Below are positions 12,902-25,154 of a stretch of 60,585 bases of DNA, piece after piece. This DNA is from Mizuhopecten yessoensis. Taxonomy: Eukaryota. Where the stretch lies: NCBI RefSeq assembly GCF_002113885.1, contig NW_018406035.1, positions 495,823 through 556,407 on the forward strand, in the 5' to 3' direction. The position numbers and the translations under genes are program-made. The notes below the pieces were generated by a model that did not search any database, had not been told where the DNA came from, and saw only the letters and a list, made by a program, of their open reading frames with translations. The number at the start of each line of letters is the position of its first letter. Position 1 is the stretch's first letter.

Positions 12902-13437
12902 CCCTGCAGGTAGGGCGTAAGAATTGTACATGCTGCCCCCAATTGCATGATCGTAAGAGGCGACTAAATTTGGGACCTTATCTCTTCTCTCCTTTCTAAA
13001 TAACTTTCTTCTTCCTAATGTCTCCCTTGACAATGCCTCACTTTTGGCCATTTGTTGAGCGTTCGCCCCTGTGAGGAAGGCTTTGGGTTCTGTCCCCTGG
13101 CCGAGACATACCAAAGTCTTTAAAAATGGTAGTTTCTACTCCTGCTTAACGCTCAGCAAATTAGGAGTGGGACGACTGGTTCGCCCGTTGTCAGTATAAT
13201 GTGACCGGGTGAGGCGTCCTGCTGGGTGTCTTCGGCAGTATGTTTCAGTGAGGTAGCACTATAAAGTCGGCATCAGTTCCGCGCTATCACAAGGAGATAA
13301 ACACGAACATATCGCAGCCTCCCAAAATACACACACATACACTACACGCAAGCATCTTGCACACAGGGGAGGCCGTCCTTAAATGACCTTAGCTGTTAAT
13401 AGGACGTTAAACAAAATCAAACAAACAAACAAACAAA
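12902..13437 (+). mobile_element. Full-length SINE copy, nearly identical to 10916-11450
   Basis: TSD taagtatgaca (12889-12899 / 13438-13448); only a few substitutions relative to the first copy. Confidence 0.9.
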
Positions 13438-14901
13438 TAAGTATGACATGCACAGCATGTGTCACATATCATTACGTAATGTAGGTAATATTCTGAAAAA
13501 TCAATACTTCCGTGTTCAGGAAATAAAATAACTTTTTTTAAAATCTCAGTAGAGCCATTATCGTGGAAAATTTATGGTCAGTGTGCACCCAAATAATGTT
13601 TAGTAACATTTATAAAAAGTAAAAGATTTTGCAGCCGTACCGGTTTTTCTATTTTTTAAGTTCATTGTCATGAGGTCGGTACCATTGGCACTGACATAAT
13701 TGCGACGCTTTAGTGTCACGTTTCTTTTTACGTTATATCAAATTACTGATAAGCTATGCACCAATTAAAGTGAGGTTAAATTTGCCCCAGTGCACACTGA
13801 AGAGGCGTTCTGTTGTACTGAATACAACTCAGTCAAAGTCCTACAGAACAAGCCGTGCATCTTTGCAAATGTAAAGTTTACCTTTGAATATCGAAATTCG
13901 AAAATGCAACATCGCAAAGGACGTTATGGCAATAATTGATTGCGAAATGCATTGTTTTGTCTACCTAGAATGAAAACAATCTTGATACATTTAGACATTT
14001 ATTCCCTATATCCAAAGCACTATTGCTTTCTATTTCTACATTGGTTACTGTGATACAGGGATATTAGAAAATATACATCAATATGCATGTTACCAATGCA
14101 CGTGTTTCGGATAATGGCCGAAGCAAAATGTTTAATAAGTACAAGAAATAATAAGTAGAAAACAAATTAACGAAGTGTAATTCTTCAGAGATCCATTCTA
14201 AAACGCAAAGAAAACCCATCTGAGACTAGCGATCATTTTATTATATAACTTTGAATCATATAACTTGGACTTCTCTGAGGAATAGAGAGAGAAATATATG
14301 GATGATTGTTTACGTAAACTCAATGCGCCGTGTCGCTCGAGTTGATTAACTTCATGTATGGTTTATTGCAGTTTATGGATGCATTTTTGCTAGAATATCC
14401 TATGTGTGTACTGTTTATTTGATACAACAATCTGCACATATATTAACATACATGATTGCGGGACACCCGTGATCTGGTTTGAACTAGATTGTCGCTCTGT
14501 AAATATCGTAACGTCATCGATTCGGATATTTGTTTCTTTGTTTTCTTCTAGTTTCTCATATAAACTAATGTCATTTGAAGTCAGGTACCTAAGGAAACAT
14601 TTTAAACAAGTATCATCGAAATATTATGTGAAGGACAATAAACGCCATATATTCGATTTTTCAAATGTTTATGCCGGTATAAAAATCATCAAGCGTAAAT
14701 CTGTATTAAGATTCTCAAAAACGGACCATGGATTTACAAGTTCTTACAGCACAATTTGATCGAATGATTCAAACCATGTAGCAAACATCCAGAAACTGAA
14801 ACACCAAGTGCTTCCTGTCCTGTCCTTTGTACTATGAATTATTGTTTAATTAGAAGAAGAAATCGTTTAACTATTTTAGCGTTGTATTCATCTTACTCAA
14901 G

Positions 14902-15033
14902 CTAAACTGATATTGTTGCATTTCTAAATTCGGTAGGGAACGTTTTCAGATCAAATATGCTATTTCCAAGAAACTCTGTCAAGAGTACAACTATAGGAAT
15001 CGGAACAATGTTCATCGGCAGTCCAGTTTTAAT
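14902..15033 (-). CDS. SLC13A: SLC13 paralogue A last coding exon (IKTGLPMNI...[18 protein letters not shown])
   Basis: K.G..MN and IF.L..FP motifs, C-terminal NAT sequon, TAG stop. Confidence 0.9.
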   Translation of the reverse strand: MKTGLPMNIVPIPIVVLLTEFLGNSIFDLKTFPTEFRNATISV

Positions 15034-18000
15034 CTGAAAAAGAAGCAAAAATATATTTTTTATAATACTTGTGCAATATATATATAAAGCTATACGGACA
15101 GTGTGGTATCGCAATATTGATTATCGTATAGAGTATTCCTTTATTGTGTAAATATGAATCTTATACTAGTAATCATTATACCAACCGGTGAACTATACCG
15201 GAGAGGTTATAAACATTGAAATTAATGTTTTGTACTAAATGTCTTCTCTTTTCGATAAATTAAACGCCCAGATAAAGTAAGGGTATGTATCCATCTTGAA
15301 TGGCATATTAATAATGTGAGAGAGCAATCCTTCGTACCATGTCTATAACTGTGATATACCCGTAGGAGAACACCACAGCATTTGGAGGTGTTGCCACTGG
15401 TAACATAAATGATATCGACGCTGCTATAGTAACGGGGAGCGTCACGTATAGTGGATTCACTTCTAGCTTTAACCCCTAAAGAAAAATGTAATGCAGTCTC
15501 AGTATACTATTAACAAATTACATTATTATCAACCTGAGCAAACTTAATTGCAGATTTAATAAAATAAATTAGATTCAATGATACAATGATCAAAATATAC
15601 CATGAACTTTGTTAAAACAAAGTGAAGTATATTTGATGAACAACATTTTTGCCATTATTTTATTCTGTTTGATGACGTTAGTACGACAGCTTTTATTGAT
15701 ACTAACCAGAAATTATATCCTTTACTAGGCAGTAACCATATAATGAAATCCTTCGGTACCTAGTTATTTACTGCTTGAAGTAAACAATAATAATGTACAA
15801 ATCAATATAATAATTCAATAAAGATTGATGTCCATAAGGCTTTGCTACATCGTGTTTTTTCTGTGTCGATACTTTGATATAGTGTAAAACTGTAGCAGTA
15901 TATCGGTAATATCTTCCAAATATACGTTGTTAATACAATGGAAAATTCTAGTCATAGGAAGGTTGTACATCAAAAGCGTGTGTGAATGGTTGCCGGAATA
16001 CTTACGAGCTGTATCACTATTGGCAGTATCAATGTGGCTGTTGCGCTGTTACTGGTAACCTCCGTAAAGGCTGCCACAATGTAACATAAAATTAAGTTCA
16101 ATACCCAGATTTCGAGGCCGCTGAATACCGAGAGTTGTTCACCAATCCAATCTGACAGTCCTGTTTCCTGTAATGTAATCAGTAAACGTACATATTATAC
16201 AAAACGTCCCCGTTAAGGAACATAATATGGCCCCCTGCAGGCCTAGATATAATAGAACGGGCCTGCTCTTTCCAACCGCAATGGCAGTTCATTGAGATGA
16301 TATCTAGGTAGCCCACGAGCGGCGAAACTTTCAACAGTGTCGTTATAACAAAACTTAAAAACAAAACATAAAAACTATAAAAAAAAACATAACCATAAAA
16401 AAAACTATATTTCTTAAGAGAGTTTTTCACGGAGGTGGGGTTGGGGTGTGGTAGTGAGGTCGCAACGACTAGAACAATTTGAAAATGATGTCTAAATATG
16501 TTCAATGCACTCACTGACCTCTTTAAAGTACCATCCCGGAGTAATGACACCACAAAATGGAAGGGTGACATCGGTCACATTTTCGGGTAACTGCCGAACA
16601 AATGTTGCCTCGAGAGACATACGTTTCTAATGTATTAAGATTAATCATTTAACGAAGAATCATACTTGACTTCCTTTGGCTAATGCAAAACCGCCACCGA
16701 ATAACCAGATAATGCCCCACGATATGTTCCTCTCGGCTGATTTCCAACTAAGAAGAGGCTGATATTTTAGGGTACCACCTGTAGAAGTAAACATCTGTAT
16801 TAAGCCCACGTGAAGTTATAGAATCTTTCGTTTCCTTCTTCTCTCATAAACAAATGGTCAAATCTTTAGTAAATATTCAGTGTTATTTTACTTATGTAGA
16901 TGATCAAGGTGCATGCCAGTTATATTTAATAAGGATCGGTACCGAGCCCATATATGATGCCAGACTGCGTTTAGTGTCATTTCCAGTACTTCAGCTATGT
17001 GTAATAGTACATTATCAGATCATGGACTGACAATGCCAAGGATAGATATGTAGTTTTGAAAACATGGCATGTCTCCACGTTGGGACAAAGTCATGTTTTA
17101 TAGTGGCTACTACAGTAGCCGAGCGTGTAACAAACAACACCAGCACACTAGCACACAAACACACCAGCAACTCCAACATACCAGCACATACAAACGTCAC
17201 ATATGTGGATTCAAATGTCAAATGTTTTCTGTAAAAATGGTTTTACTCATGTGAGCAGATACGACTGATATTCATGATAAAAGTGTGCTTTACGATAAGA
17301 TCTTTGATAGGATCAGATCAACAAGTAAAGAAAACAATCCCAAGTGGTGCAATAGAGGAAGATATCAAATTTTGCCTCTCAAATGTCATATTAGCAGAGG
17401 ACATGGAAGAACACCAGGATTTTAATGGGTTTTTGAAATTGGATCAGGGTTTAGCCTCCTCGCAACAACCACGGTCATGCGAAAACATATTCACATAAGT
17501 TGCCTCATAAGATCATGCAGAGGGGCAAAGCAGGTCAATGTTATCTACGAATCAGCACATTTATAATGAGGAAACATATTTAATATTTTTGGAAACCTTT
17601 ACACTACAAAATGCAATGCTAGAAGATAGCCAGCTGAATATTAGTTGAAGATAGAATACGCTAAAGGTGCAAAATGTATTCATTAAATAACCTTAACGCT
17701 TCTAAAACATTCGTTACTTCTAAAATAAGTACCCATTCCACAGCGCAATATTTCCGGTAGATTGGCAGGGAAGAAAAATAGGCTGCAGGAAACGAGAATG
17801 CAGGACGTGGAGTCTGAAACTGTTCTACAAAACAGAAATAAACATCAAATTGACTAGTTTACTGACTGCAAATTATCAGTTGAAAGCAATCATGTAACAA
17901 AATGTATTTTTTATGTTTTTGATATTCAGCATGAATTTAAGCCAGACGAATATTTCTCTTTATTGATTCATAATATATGTATATCTATTTCTTCTAATGC

Positions 18001-21000
18001 TGATTGAATAATTGTATTCTTACTTTTCAGGGAACAGGTCTTTCCATCCCCCTACACCACCGAGGTCGCGAGTGATCCACAGTGTAGACATTGTTATGAA
18101 ATGTCCTATCACTGCACCCTGGGCAAATCTGCAAGACACATAGTTGCGGTTTCAGCAGTTATTTATATTTATGCATATTGCTTTTGTTAAATCTGTAAAC
18201 CAGTAAGTTAGATTTATACATTTATGCATTTCTAAAAAAGCTAAATTCAGTTATGTAATTGATTCTTACACACGCAATCGTCAGAAGATAAAACAAAATC
18301 GAAAATGAAACAATTTAGCAAACCTGTAATTTAACAGTCTTACGTGTAGCTAAGTTTACTTAGTTTACTTCTGTCAAAATGGATCGTGGTCAATTTTATA
18401 TATAAAAAAAAACATCGGTTGCAAGGAAGCTCACAGTACAATGCAAAGCATCATTATGTTCTCCATTTCAGGGGTTGTTTGAAGATTTTAAATTATTTTC
18501 CTTTTTTTTGCTTGCATAGTAGGTATAGGTAATTTAACACTACTTACGTTATGGAGCCCAACTCTTCATATTCTCTTCGGAGAACTTTTCTTATCCTGTT
18601 AGATATTTCTCGTGGTTGTCGTCTGCAAATCGAACTGTTATAATAGAAATGATATTTGCATACTGACGAGGAGTAATTGATATTTGAAAATATTGGTGAA
18701 AGCCACAACGGGACTCACTACTTCGCTAGAGTGACACTTCGCTAGAGTGGCTAGAGTGACACTTCGCTAGAGTGATAATTATCTAACTAATACACCAAAA
18801 TTAACTGAACGAATAAACGTTAACATCTGGAAGTGCATATATACAAAAACAGCGAAATGAAAATTAGTAGCACTATTACATTTTTTTTTTAATTTGATGT
18901 CTCGTGATAAAGATCCATTGCAAAATCATATATAATAAATAGTAATAATTATATATAAATAAAATAAATAGAAATATATAAATCAAACTTCATATGCAAA
19001 TTAATAATACAAATCCGAGTGTTCACATTCTGACATTAAATTAGCGTTTTGAACTTTTCTAATCTTCACACGCGATTAGTATTTGAGTCACAGATTGCTA
19101 CTGGTTAAACTTCCTCACCAAGATCGATTGCCAACTTCATGACGTCTGTGAGCTTGCGCGTTTAGATGACTCTTAGAGCTACTCGTGATAGATAAAACCA
19201 CACCAAACTGATCGCAGAGGACGTACTAGACTACAAGTAATCTAACTAAATCTCTTAAACTAGGGATTTTCATATGTGCCATTATGATACATGGTTTTAT
19301 TCCCTGCCCGGGACATATTGAAGTCATTAAAAAGCAATCTGTTATTCCTGCTCGATGCTTGTTTACAATGTGTCAGTATATATACGAACAGCTGGGTACC
19401 TTCGGCGTGGTATTCAGAGAGGTAACACTCGAAAGGCGGCAACAGATCCGAGCTATCGCAAGGATGCAAATATTCCAACATACAGCCTGCATTACAATGC
19501 ACAGATCACGCAGAAGGAGGTTCGTAATAGAATGAGCATACTTGTAATATAACTGAAAATCCTATCAACCTAACTAAACCAACCGCTCAATTACATGTGA
19601 AATACAGCTCTACTTCGTCAGATTGAAGGTTAACATCGTGTGGTTTATTTGTAATGTTAGTAATCTGGTGTAGTAAACTTTGACAAATGATCTTTTGGTT
19701 TGATATTTGAAATGTTTTGTTTTTCATGCAGTCTGAAATGCATGCATTTGAAGAAGAATATCTAAAACAGTACCTCAATCCAAGGAAATATATAACCAGC
19801 CAGGTCCAAGCCATAAACAACAGAATAGTGGCGATCGGAACACCAAACTGCATCCATGTAGCAAACGTGATTGGATTATCCACATCATATTTCTGAAAAA
19901 TTCTAAATCGTAAATAACATTTACATCGTTTGACGGTATCTGTAAATAGTGAAAACTAAAGATTATCACTGTGTGTTTTCAGGTGACCTTTTCTCTTATC
20001 CACATGCCCGCGATAGGGAAACCCATGAAAACAGTGTGTTTTAGTAATCATATAAATACCACTATCTTATACATTTCTCAATTCATGGAAAGGCAACTAA
20101 ATACACTACCTTTCAAATAAATTCTTGGCTTCATGATCATCTATATACTCTGTCTAATACAAACGTTAACAAATAGCAGATTCGAGCATAGGAATACCAT
20201 GAAACTGGGGAGGGGGGTTGTAACTGATAAAATAAAACAATATACATTTGTATCTACGTGTAGAATCAAGCAAACATTACATAGGTTGAACAGTTCTTTG
20301 CGGCACATTAACACACAAAAAATAACAGACAACACGACCATGCAAATTATCGATTTCAAAAAAGACGAAATAAAATAAAATATAATGAAAGTAAATCAAC
20401 AACTTACAAATCACTCTGTCCTTTCATGATAACGTTGACCCCTGTTCCGGTTAGTGTGGCAATGCCGCCTATATTTGCAGCATAGCAAATTGACATCGAC
20501 AGAGCCTTGCATAAGTTGAGATGCTGTTCATCATCGTACATGTATGCTTCTTGATCAAGCCCATTATCACTATTTAAGAAAAACGTACTATTAATGATAT
20601 ATATGAATGAAAAGGGGGCACTTACCTACAGGTACAGGGGTCCTACATATGTACAATAGCCACCTCTTACGATACTCAAAGGGTTAAGCAGCTAAAATAG
20701 TTTCTGAATTAATTTCCAATACTTCCAGGAAACTACAACCAACAGGGTAGCATTCCTGTCTCGTTACTCAGTATCTAGGAAACTTGATAATTATCTAAAA
20801 GGTAAATTTATCATAATTGATCTTTTCCAAATAAATACATGCCTTTCATTACTAGCTTGTTCTGAAGCAATGACGACACTTTTACTATCAGGATCTGACT
20901 GGTCGACATCTTCTGTAATGTTAAGTAACACATTATTTGCATTTACATGATCTTGTTGCGTTGTTGTGAACATTTTGAAGGACGAAACTTATAAACATTT

Positions 21001-22590
21001 GACATTTTTTAAGAAACTAAGCACGGCAATAAGTGCCCAAAAACACAGTATTGGAACATTTGCATATTAAATTTGCCCTTTGGTAGTTGAGAGTCTGGCA
21101 CCAGTCACTTACCTTGGGTTTAACCGAAACATGATCAATAAGACCCGGTACGTGTAACTACTAGTTTGCTGAGTATTGTAACGGAAACACGTGTTAGATG
21201 TTAAGACGATCGTGAAGGACTATCAGGATAATTATTCATTTAAGAGTAGCAGTAGTTAAATTGCTAAGCGCAAACTGAGATTTTCTCATATAAATTCACG
21301 ATTGTCATATATGAATGCACTTAAGAAAGTTAACTTCCCCATTTTAAACTTATGATGAATTGTGATAAACTAACTTAATTGGGTAAGACAGTAACTGATT
21401 ATATTAATCTAGCCAGCAGTACCTTCGTGAGTGCCCTGATCGATGGAATGAATATTCTGCAGCTGTAAAAGAACAGCATTTGCTATCGGCAGCATCATGA
21501 CGGCAGTGGCAGTGTTACTCATCCACATTGAGAGAAACCACGTCGGAATCATCATCCCAAGCATTAGCCTGTACTAGGAAAATACATCTTCATTACTAAG
21601 GGCAACATATATTTCTCCTTTCCAGTCGGCTTTTTGCACGTGGAAATGTCAATATTCAAGGTCATACAAACGATATGTCAACAAATGAGTGGTTCCTTCA
21701 AGGGTCATTATAAAGTCCGGAAAGGTTTTTGACCAGGTCATGTTTTAAAGATTTTATTTTGAACCAACATAAATATGCAAATATAGCCCATCTATGAAAT
21801 GATAATTACACCATTGACATTAATATGTATCTAACTTGAGAAAGAATGTTTAAAAAATCTACAAATAACTGTTGTGCCCCTAATAGATCAAACTCTTTTC
21901 TGTTTCGCTCCAGATGCTGTTTTTCCAGTTGAGTCACACATGAACAGCATTTAACATATTATATAAAGGCTGAATCTGGACCACTTACATAGTCCTTTGT
22001 AAGGACTAGAATCCATATTTTGACTAAAATAACATTAATTTGTAATCTACTCAGTAATTGTAATTGTCATTACTCTAACTGTTAGTTAAACCTAGTGATT
22101 GACAAACATAAAATCAACCAAAAAGTGTTTTACAAAAAGGATCCATGAATCATACAAATAATACAAAATAATCAGCATTTGCTATTTGTACCGATATCAT
22201 TGATGCCTCAACACATTTTTGTTGTGTTTTTGTCACAAAAAAAAGTAAAGTCTTCCATTGATAAACTTCTAATATGTTCAGTATTATGCTAGGTCTTACC
22301 AGTGGGGTTCAGATCCAAACCAAAGCAGAACTCGCAGTGCAAATAACTTGTGGATGTTCCAGTGCTCAATAGCATGTGCGAGGATAAGTCCGCCTACGAA
22401 TAGCATGGACGTATCCTATTAAAAATCAAACACGATTTTCAGAAATAGCTTCCAATATATTGATCGAATTTTTCTTCATAACTGGTATGAATAACATGCT
22501 CAAATCGCGCCTAGATGTTCGGGGAGGAATATACCTGCTGTATCCTACTGGGTGTTATCGTAAAATGTAACATCACCCTCCCTGCAGATA

Positions 22591-22628
<38 letters not shown>

Positions 22629-23681
22629 GTACCTTTCTTTCCGATGTTAAGAAGACATTTAAGGAATCAAATTGATTTGCTGCACCTATTGCAACAACTT
22701 ATTATCCGAGGTCATAGTTATGAGAAAAATCTCATGATATCACGATGTGTTCTTTACTGTAGACTACTTACATTAACGTATGCTGTTGATATGTCTTTGG
22801 CGTTCATTATTCCAACCACAGGAAATAATACAACAGGTAGCAAAGCTGTCACGGCAATAGGTAAAGCCTCGGTGATCCAGAAGATGGCCATTACAAAAAT
22901 GATGTAGGCACATTTTGATTCCTGCGTAAAAATAAATAAATGTAACATTGTAACAGCTTTCATTTAGTTATGTTTATATGATTTAATAGGTAGAAATATT
23001 GTGTTTTAAATCCCCTGTGCACGTGCAAAGACTCACAAATCTAGCTGAGGTGTAACTTTCAACAGGATCATTTTCATGTTCTTTCTCAAAAAGTGCCGCT
23101 AATAAAGCCATGTATTATTTTGACTGTCAAGCCGATATCACAGTTCAGTTGCAGCAGATGTTATATTTTTTGGACTGCCAGCAGGTTGTCCTGTTCTACC
23201 TGGATATTTATTGAAATGATGAATAGATAAATGCATAAGTATACATTCTCAAGACAAAACTAATTTGTCCAAGACCAAGCATGCCTAACATGTGCACAAT
23301 TTGAAAATTAGAAAATTAGAAGACTTTTGGAAGAGCGTTGCATGTGCATGGTATATTGCGCAAAAAACACATCATTACGCGGACATTTTATCAAAGGATA
23401 CATGACTATTAACCAGTGAGAAGTGTCGCTACAAAGCTAACCTAGTAAAATATATCATAGTGGGTATCCTATTTGTCATAATTACTTTAACACATGTTGT
23501 TTACGTTAAATAACATTACTTAATTAACAACCGGGTTTAAAATAAATAGAATACACAAAGAACCTGCTGTACTCACCTTCCCCTCGACAGCAAATACAAT
23601 TGGAAGGAGAAAAAACGGCGCAAGAACAACGACAAGGAGTTGCCGAAGGACCCAAATGTTTTTCAGAGTTTGTTTCACCAT
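14902..23681 (-). CDS. SLC13A: SLC13-family sodium-dependent di/tricarboxylate (or sulfate) cotransporter, paralogue A; complete 14-exon model, 593 aa
   Basis: Hand-assembled exons with consistent phases: 23577-23681, 22772-22921, 22300-22415, 21423-21568, 20843-20987, 20408-20569, 19774-19902, 18548-18634, 18024-18128, 17733-17824, 16666-16778, 16006-16167, 15338-15475, 14902-15033 (sum 1782 nt). Family motifs: [81 protein letters not shown]. Exact vertebrate orthologue cannot be assigned. Confidence 0.93.
15338..15475 (-). CDS. SLC13A: SLC13 paralogue A exon 13 (VNPLYVTLP...[17 protein letters not shown])
   Basis: Sodium:sulfate symporter signature region; TAG/GTACGA. Confidence 0.94.
16006..16167 (-). 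CDS. SLC13A: SLC13 paralogue A exon 12 ([12 protein letters not shown]...[17 protein letters not shown])
   Basis: Second SN motif; CAG/GTAAGT. Confidence 0.93.
16666..16778 (-). CDS. SLC13A: SLC13 paralogue A exon 11 (PLLSWK...[18 protein letters not shown])
   Basis: LL.W / GGGFALA motif; CAG/GTATGA. Confidence 0.92.
17733..17824 (-). CDS. SLC13A: SLC13 paralogue A exon 10 ([22 protein letters not shown])
   Basis: V.D.T...LF..P motif; TAG/GTACTT. Confidence 0.88.
18024..18128 (-). CDS. SLC13A: SLC13 paralogue A exon 9 ([10 protein letters not shown]...[17 protein letters not shown])
   Basis: LW.TRD...GW..LF motif; CAG/GTAAGA. Confidence 0.9.
18548..18634 (-). CDS. SLC13A: SLC13 paralogue A exon 8 ([15 protein letters not shown])
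   Basis: EY..LG motif; CAG/GTAAGT splice sites. Confidence 0.88.
19774..19902 (-). CDS. SLC13A: SLC13 paralogue A exon 7 ([22 protein letters not shown]...YFLGL)
   Basis: F..W...G.P motif; TTTAG acceptor keeps frame (the nearer CAG at 19893-19895 does not). Confidence 0.88.
20408..20569 (-). CDS. SLC13A: SLC13 paralogue A exon 6 ([32 protein letters not shown])
   Basis: Conserved TM5 motif; TAG acceptor, GTAAGT donor. Confidence 0.92.
20843..20987 (-). CDS. SLC13A: SLC13 paralogue A exon 5, variable hydrophilic loop, GC donor
   Basis: Open frame [18 protein letters not shown]...ASNE bridging phase 1 to phase 2 only if AG|GCATGT is the donor; no homology support because the loop is not conserved. 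Confidence 0.65.
21423..21568 (-). CDS. SLC13A: SLC13 paralogue A exon 4 ([33 protein letters not shown])
   Basis: First SNT motif; CAG acceptor, G|GTACTG donor. Confidence 0.92.
22300..22415 (-). CDS. SLC13A: SLC13 paralogue A exon 3 ([10 protein letters not shown]...[12 protein letters not shown]...SEPHW)
   Basis: TAG acceptor, GTAAG donor, 116 nt, same as paralogue B exon 3. Confidence 0.93.
22520..22662 (+). mobile_element. Two degenerate SINE-head fragments with a 37 nt poly-G tract
   Basis: tacctgctg...atcgtaaa and ccctgcagataggg(G)n tgtacct match the SINE head; G run 22591-22627. Confidence 0.5.
22772..22921 (-). CDS. SLC13A: SLC13 paralogue A exon 2 (ESKCAY...[13 protein letters not shown]...AYVN)
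   Basis: CAG acceptor, GTAAGT donor, 150 nt, same length as paralogue B exon 2. Confidence 0.93.
23577..23681 (-). CDS. SLC13A: SLC13 paralogue A coding exon 1 ([35 protein letters not shown])
   Basis: ATG at 23681, hydrophobic N-terminal helix ending LLP as in SLC13, donor AAG|GTGAGT, phase 0. Confidence 0.85.
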
Positions 23682-25154
23682 TGTCCATGTACCTACATGT
23701 ACATACACCTGGACCTAGGAACGCTCAGGTGATACCTCTATTGCTGCATTTACCAGAGTACTGGTAGTCCTATATTTAGACCAGGTGGAGAACAACAGGA
23801 GAATGATCATGTAGTGACATTCTTTTATTACTACTCCCAACCTGCAGGGGATTTCCTTTCTGATTTGTACCTTATATTGTTCTAGATATATAAACATATG
23901 AAATATGTCAACAGTATGGAAATTAAAATTAAGGTATGAATGCTTATGCTGTTAAAATGTGTTTTTTTTGGGAAATAACATCTTTTACCCGATCTCTTTT
24001 AAGGTAATGAACCTTTACAATCGAGATTGAAATCCGCCGGGAGTTTATACAGCATCGTAAGAGCTTTCTGTAAGGCCAGCAATTATCAAATATGTCGTCC
24101 TAGGCGAGATGATCCGTCTATGTCGAATAACTTCAACAAGCCAAATCAAGAGGAAATAATAGCGGTTTAGATCGGCAGTGAACTTGACATTGGTATAGAC
24201 TCTCAGTGCGGTGAAATGTCTCAGTGTTCTGTGGAAAATTATCAACTTAGCCCTGTACATTCCCATCCGGAATATTGACCTAATAGAGGAAGGACAACGA
24301 TATAATCCAATGCAAAATAAAATTATGAAAATATAGCGAAAATACAGAGGCATTAATAATGGAATGTTAACTATAAAAACAAGTTTAATTAAAGAGAAGC
24401 TGACACCCTTCTCAAAGGACGTAGGAGGCGTTAACGGACAATTCGTCAAAGATAAATTATCCAAATATTTATATATGGAATTGCTAAATTCTCTATATTA
24501 CAGGTTAGGATCTGTCTTGTTCAAAGTGACATACCAAATGTACAGGACATACCATGGGTATCATTCCTGTGTCGTCATGTTTTCAAAAGTCATAATCTTA
24601 TATGTGAGAGCAGGGATCGACCCAAAAAACAAAGACAATCAGCACAAGTAATATGTAATAACGCGAATACAATTCCTGTGTAGTCATTAAGTATTGTGAT
24701 TATCAGGAATACTGGTGCAGGCACGGGTTGTCTTGGAACAGAAGACCATCGCCGTACGTAACGAACCCAATTAGATGAGTAAAGTGCGTGAATTGATGAA
24801 GGCGTGACATTAATTTTTGAGAAGGAAAGGAAAATTATTGCGAGTTAAGAAAAATGTAACATGTTCTTCCAAAATTTCAGTCAAAAAGCGACACTCTATT
24901 GCCTTATATTTTGCACATTTATGGATATGTTTTAAATGTAATTTGGTGATGAACAGTTCATCACGCCAATTGTAGAGTCTGAAATTTGTATTCAAATTTA
25001 TATTTAAAATAATGTTGTAGAGATATACCGTCAGTATTCATGAAAATTGCCGTTACTGTTTAGTGGCTTTGAAACTATTAAGTCACTACCAAAAGTCAAC
25101 TGTGTATGTTTATCGTTCGTCCACAATTACTGTTTTCTCATCGCTCTTATTCAA

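Noticed and set aside
10721-13114. Duplicated ORF MVCLGQGTEPKAFLTGANAQQMAKSEALSRETLGRRKLF
   Set aside because: Antisense translation of two SINE copies.
19893-19895. Apparent frameshift in paralogue A at exon 7 if the CAG acceptor is used
   Set aside because: The TAG acceptor 10 nt upstream (19903-19905) restores frame, so the gene is not a pseudogene.
22515-22907. 130 aa ORF with poly-Gly
   Set aside because: Poly-G homopolymer in an intron, antisense to SLC13 exon 2.
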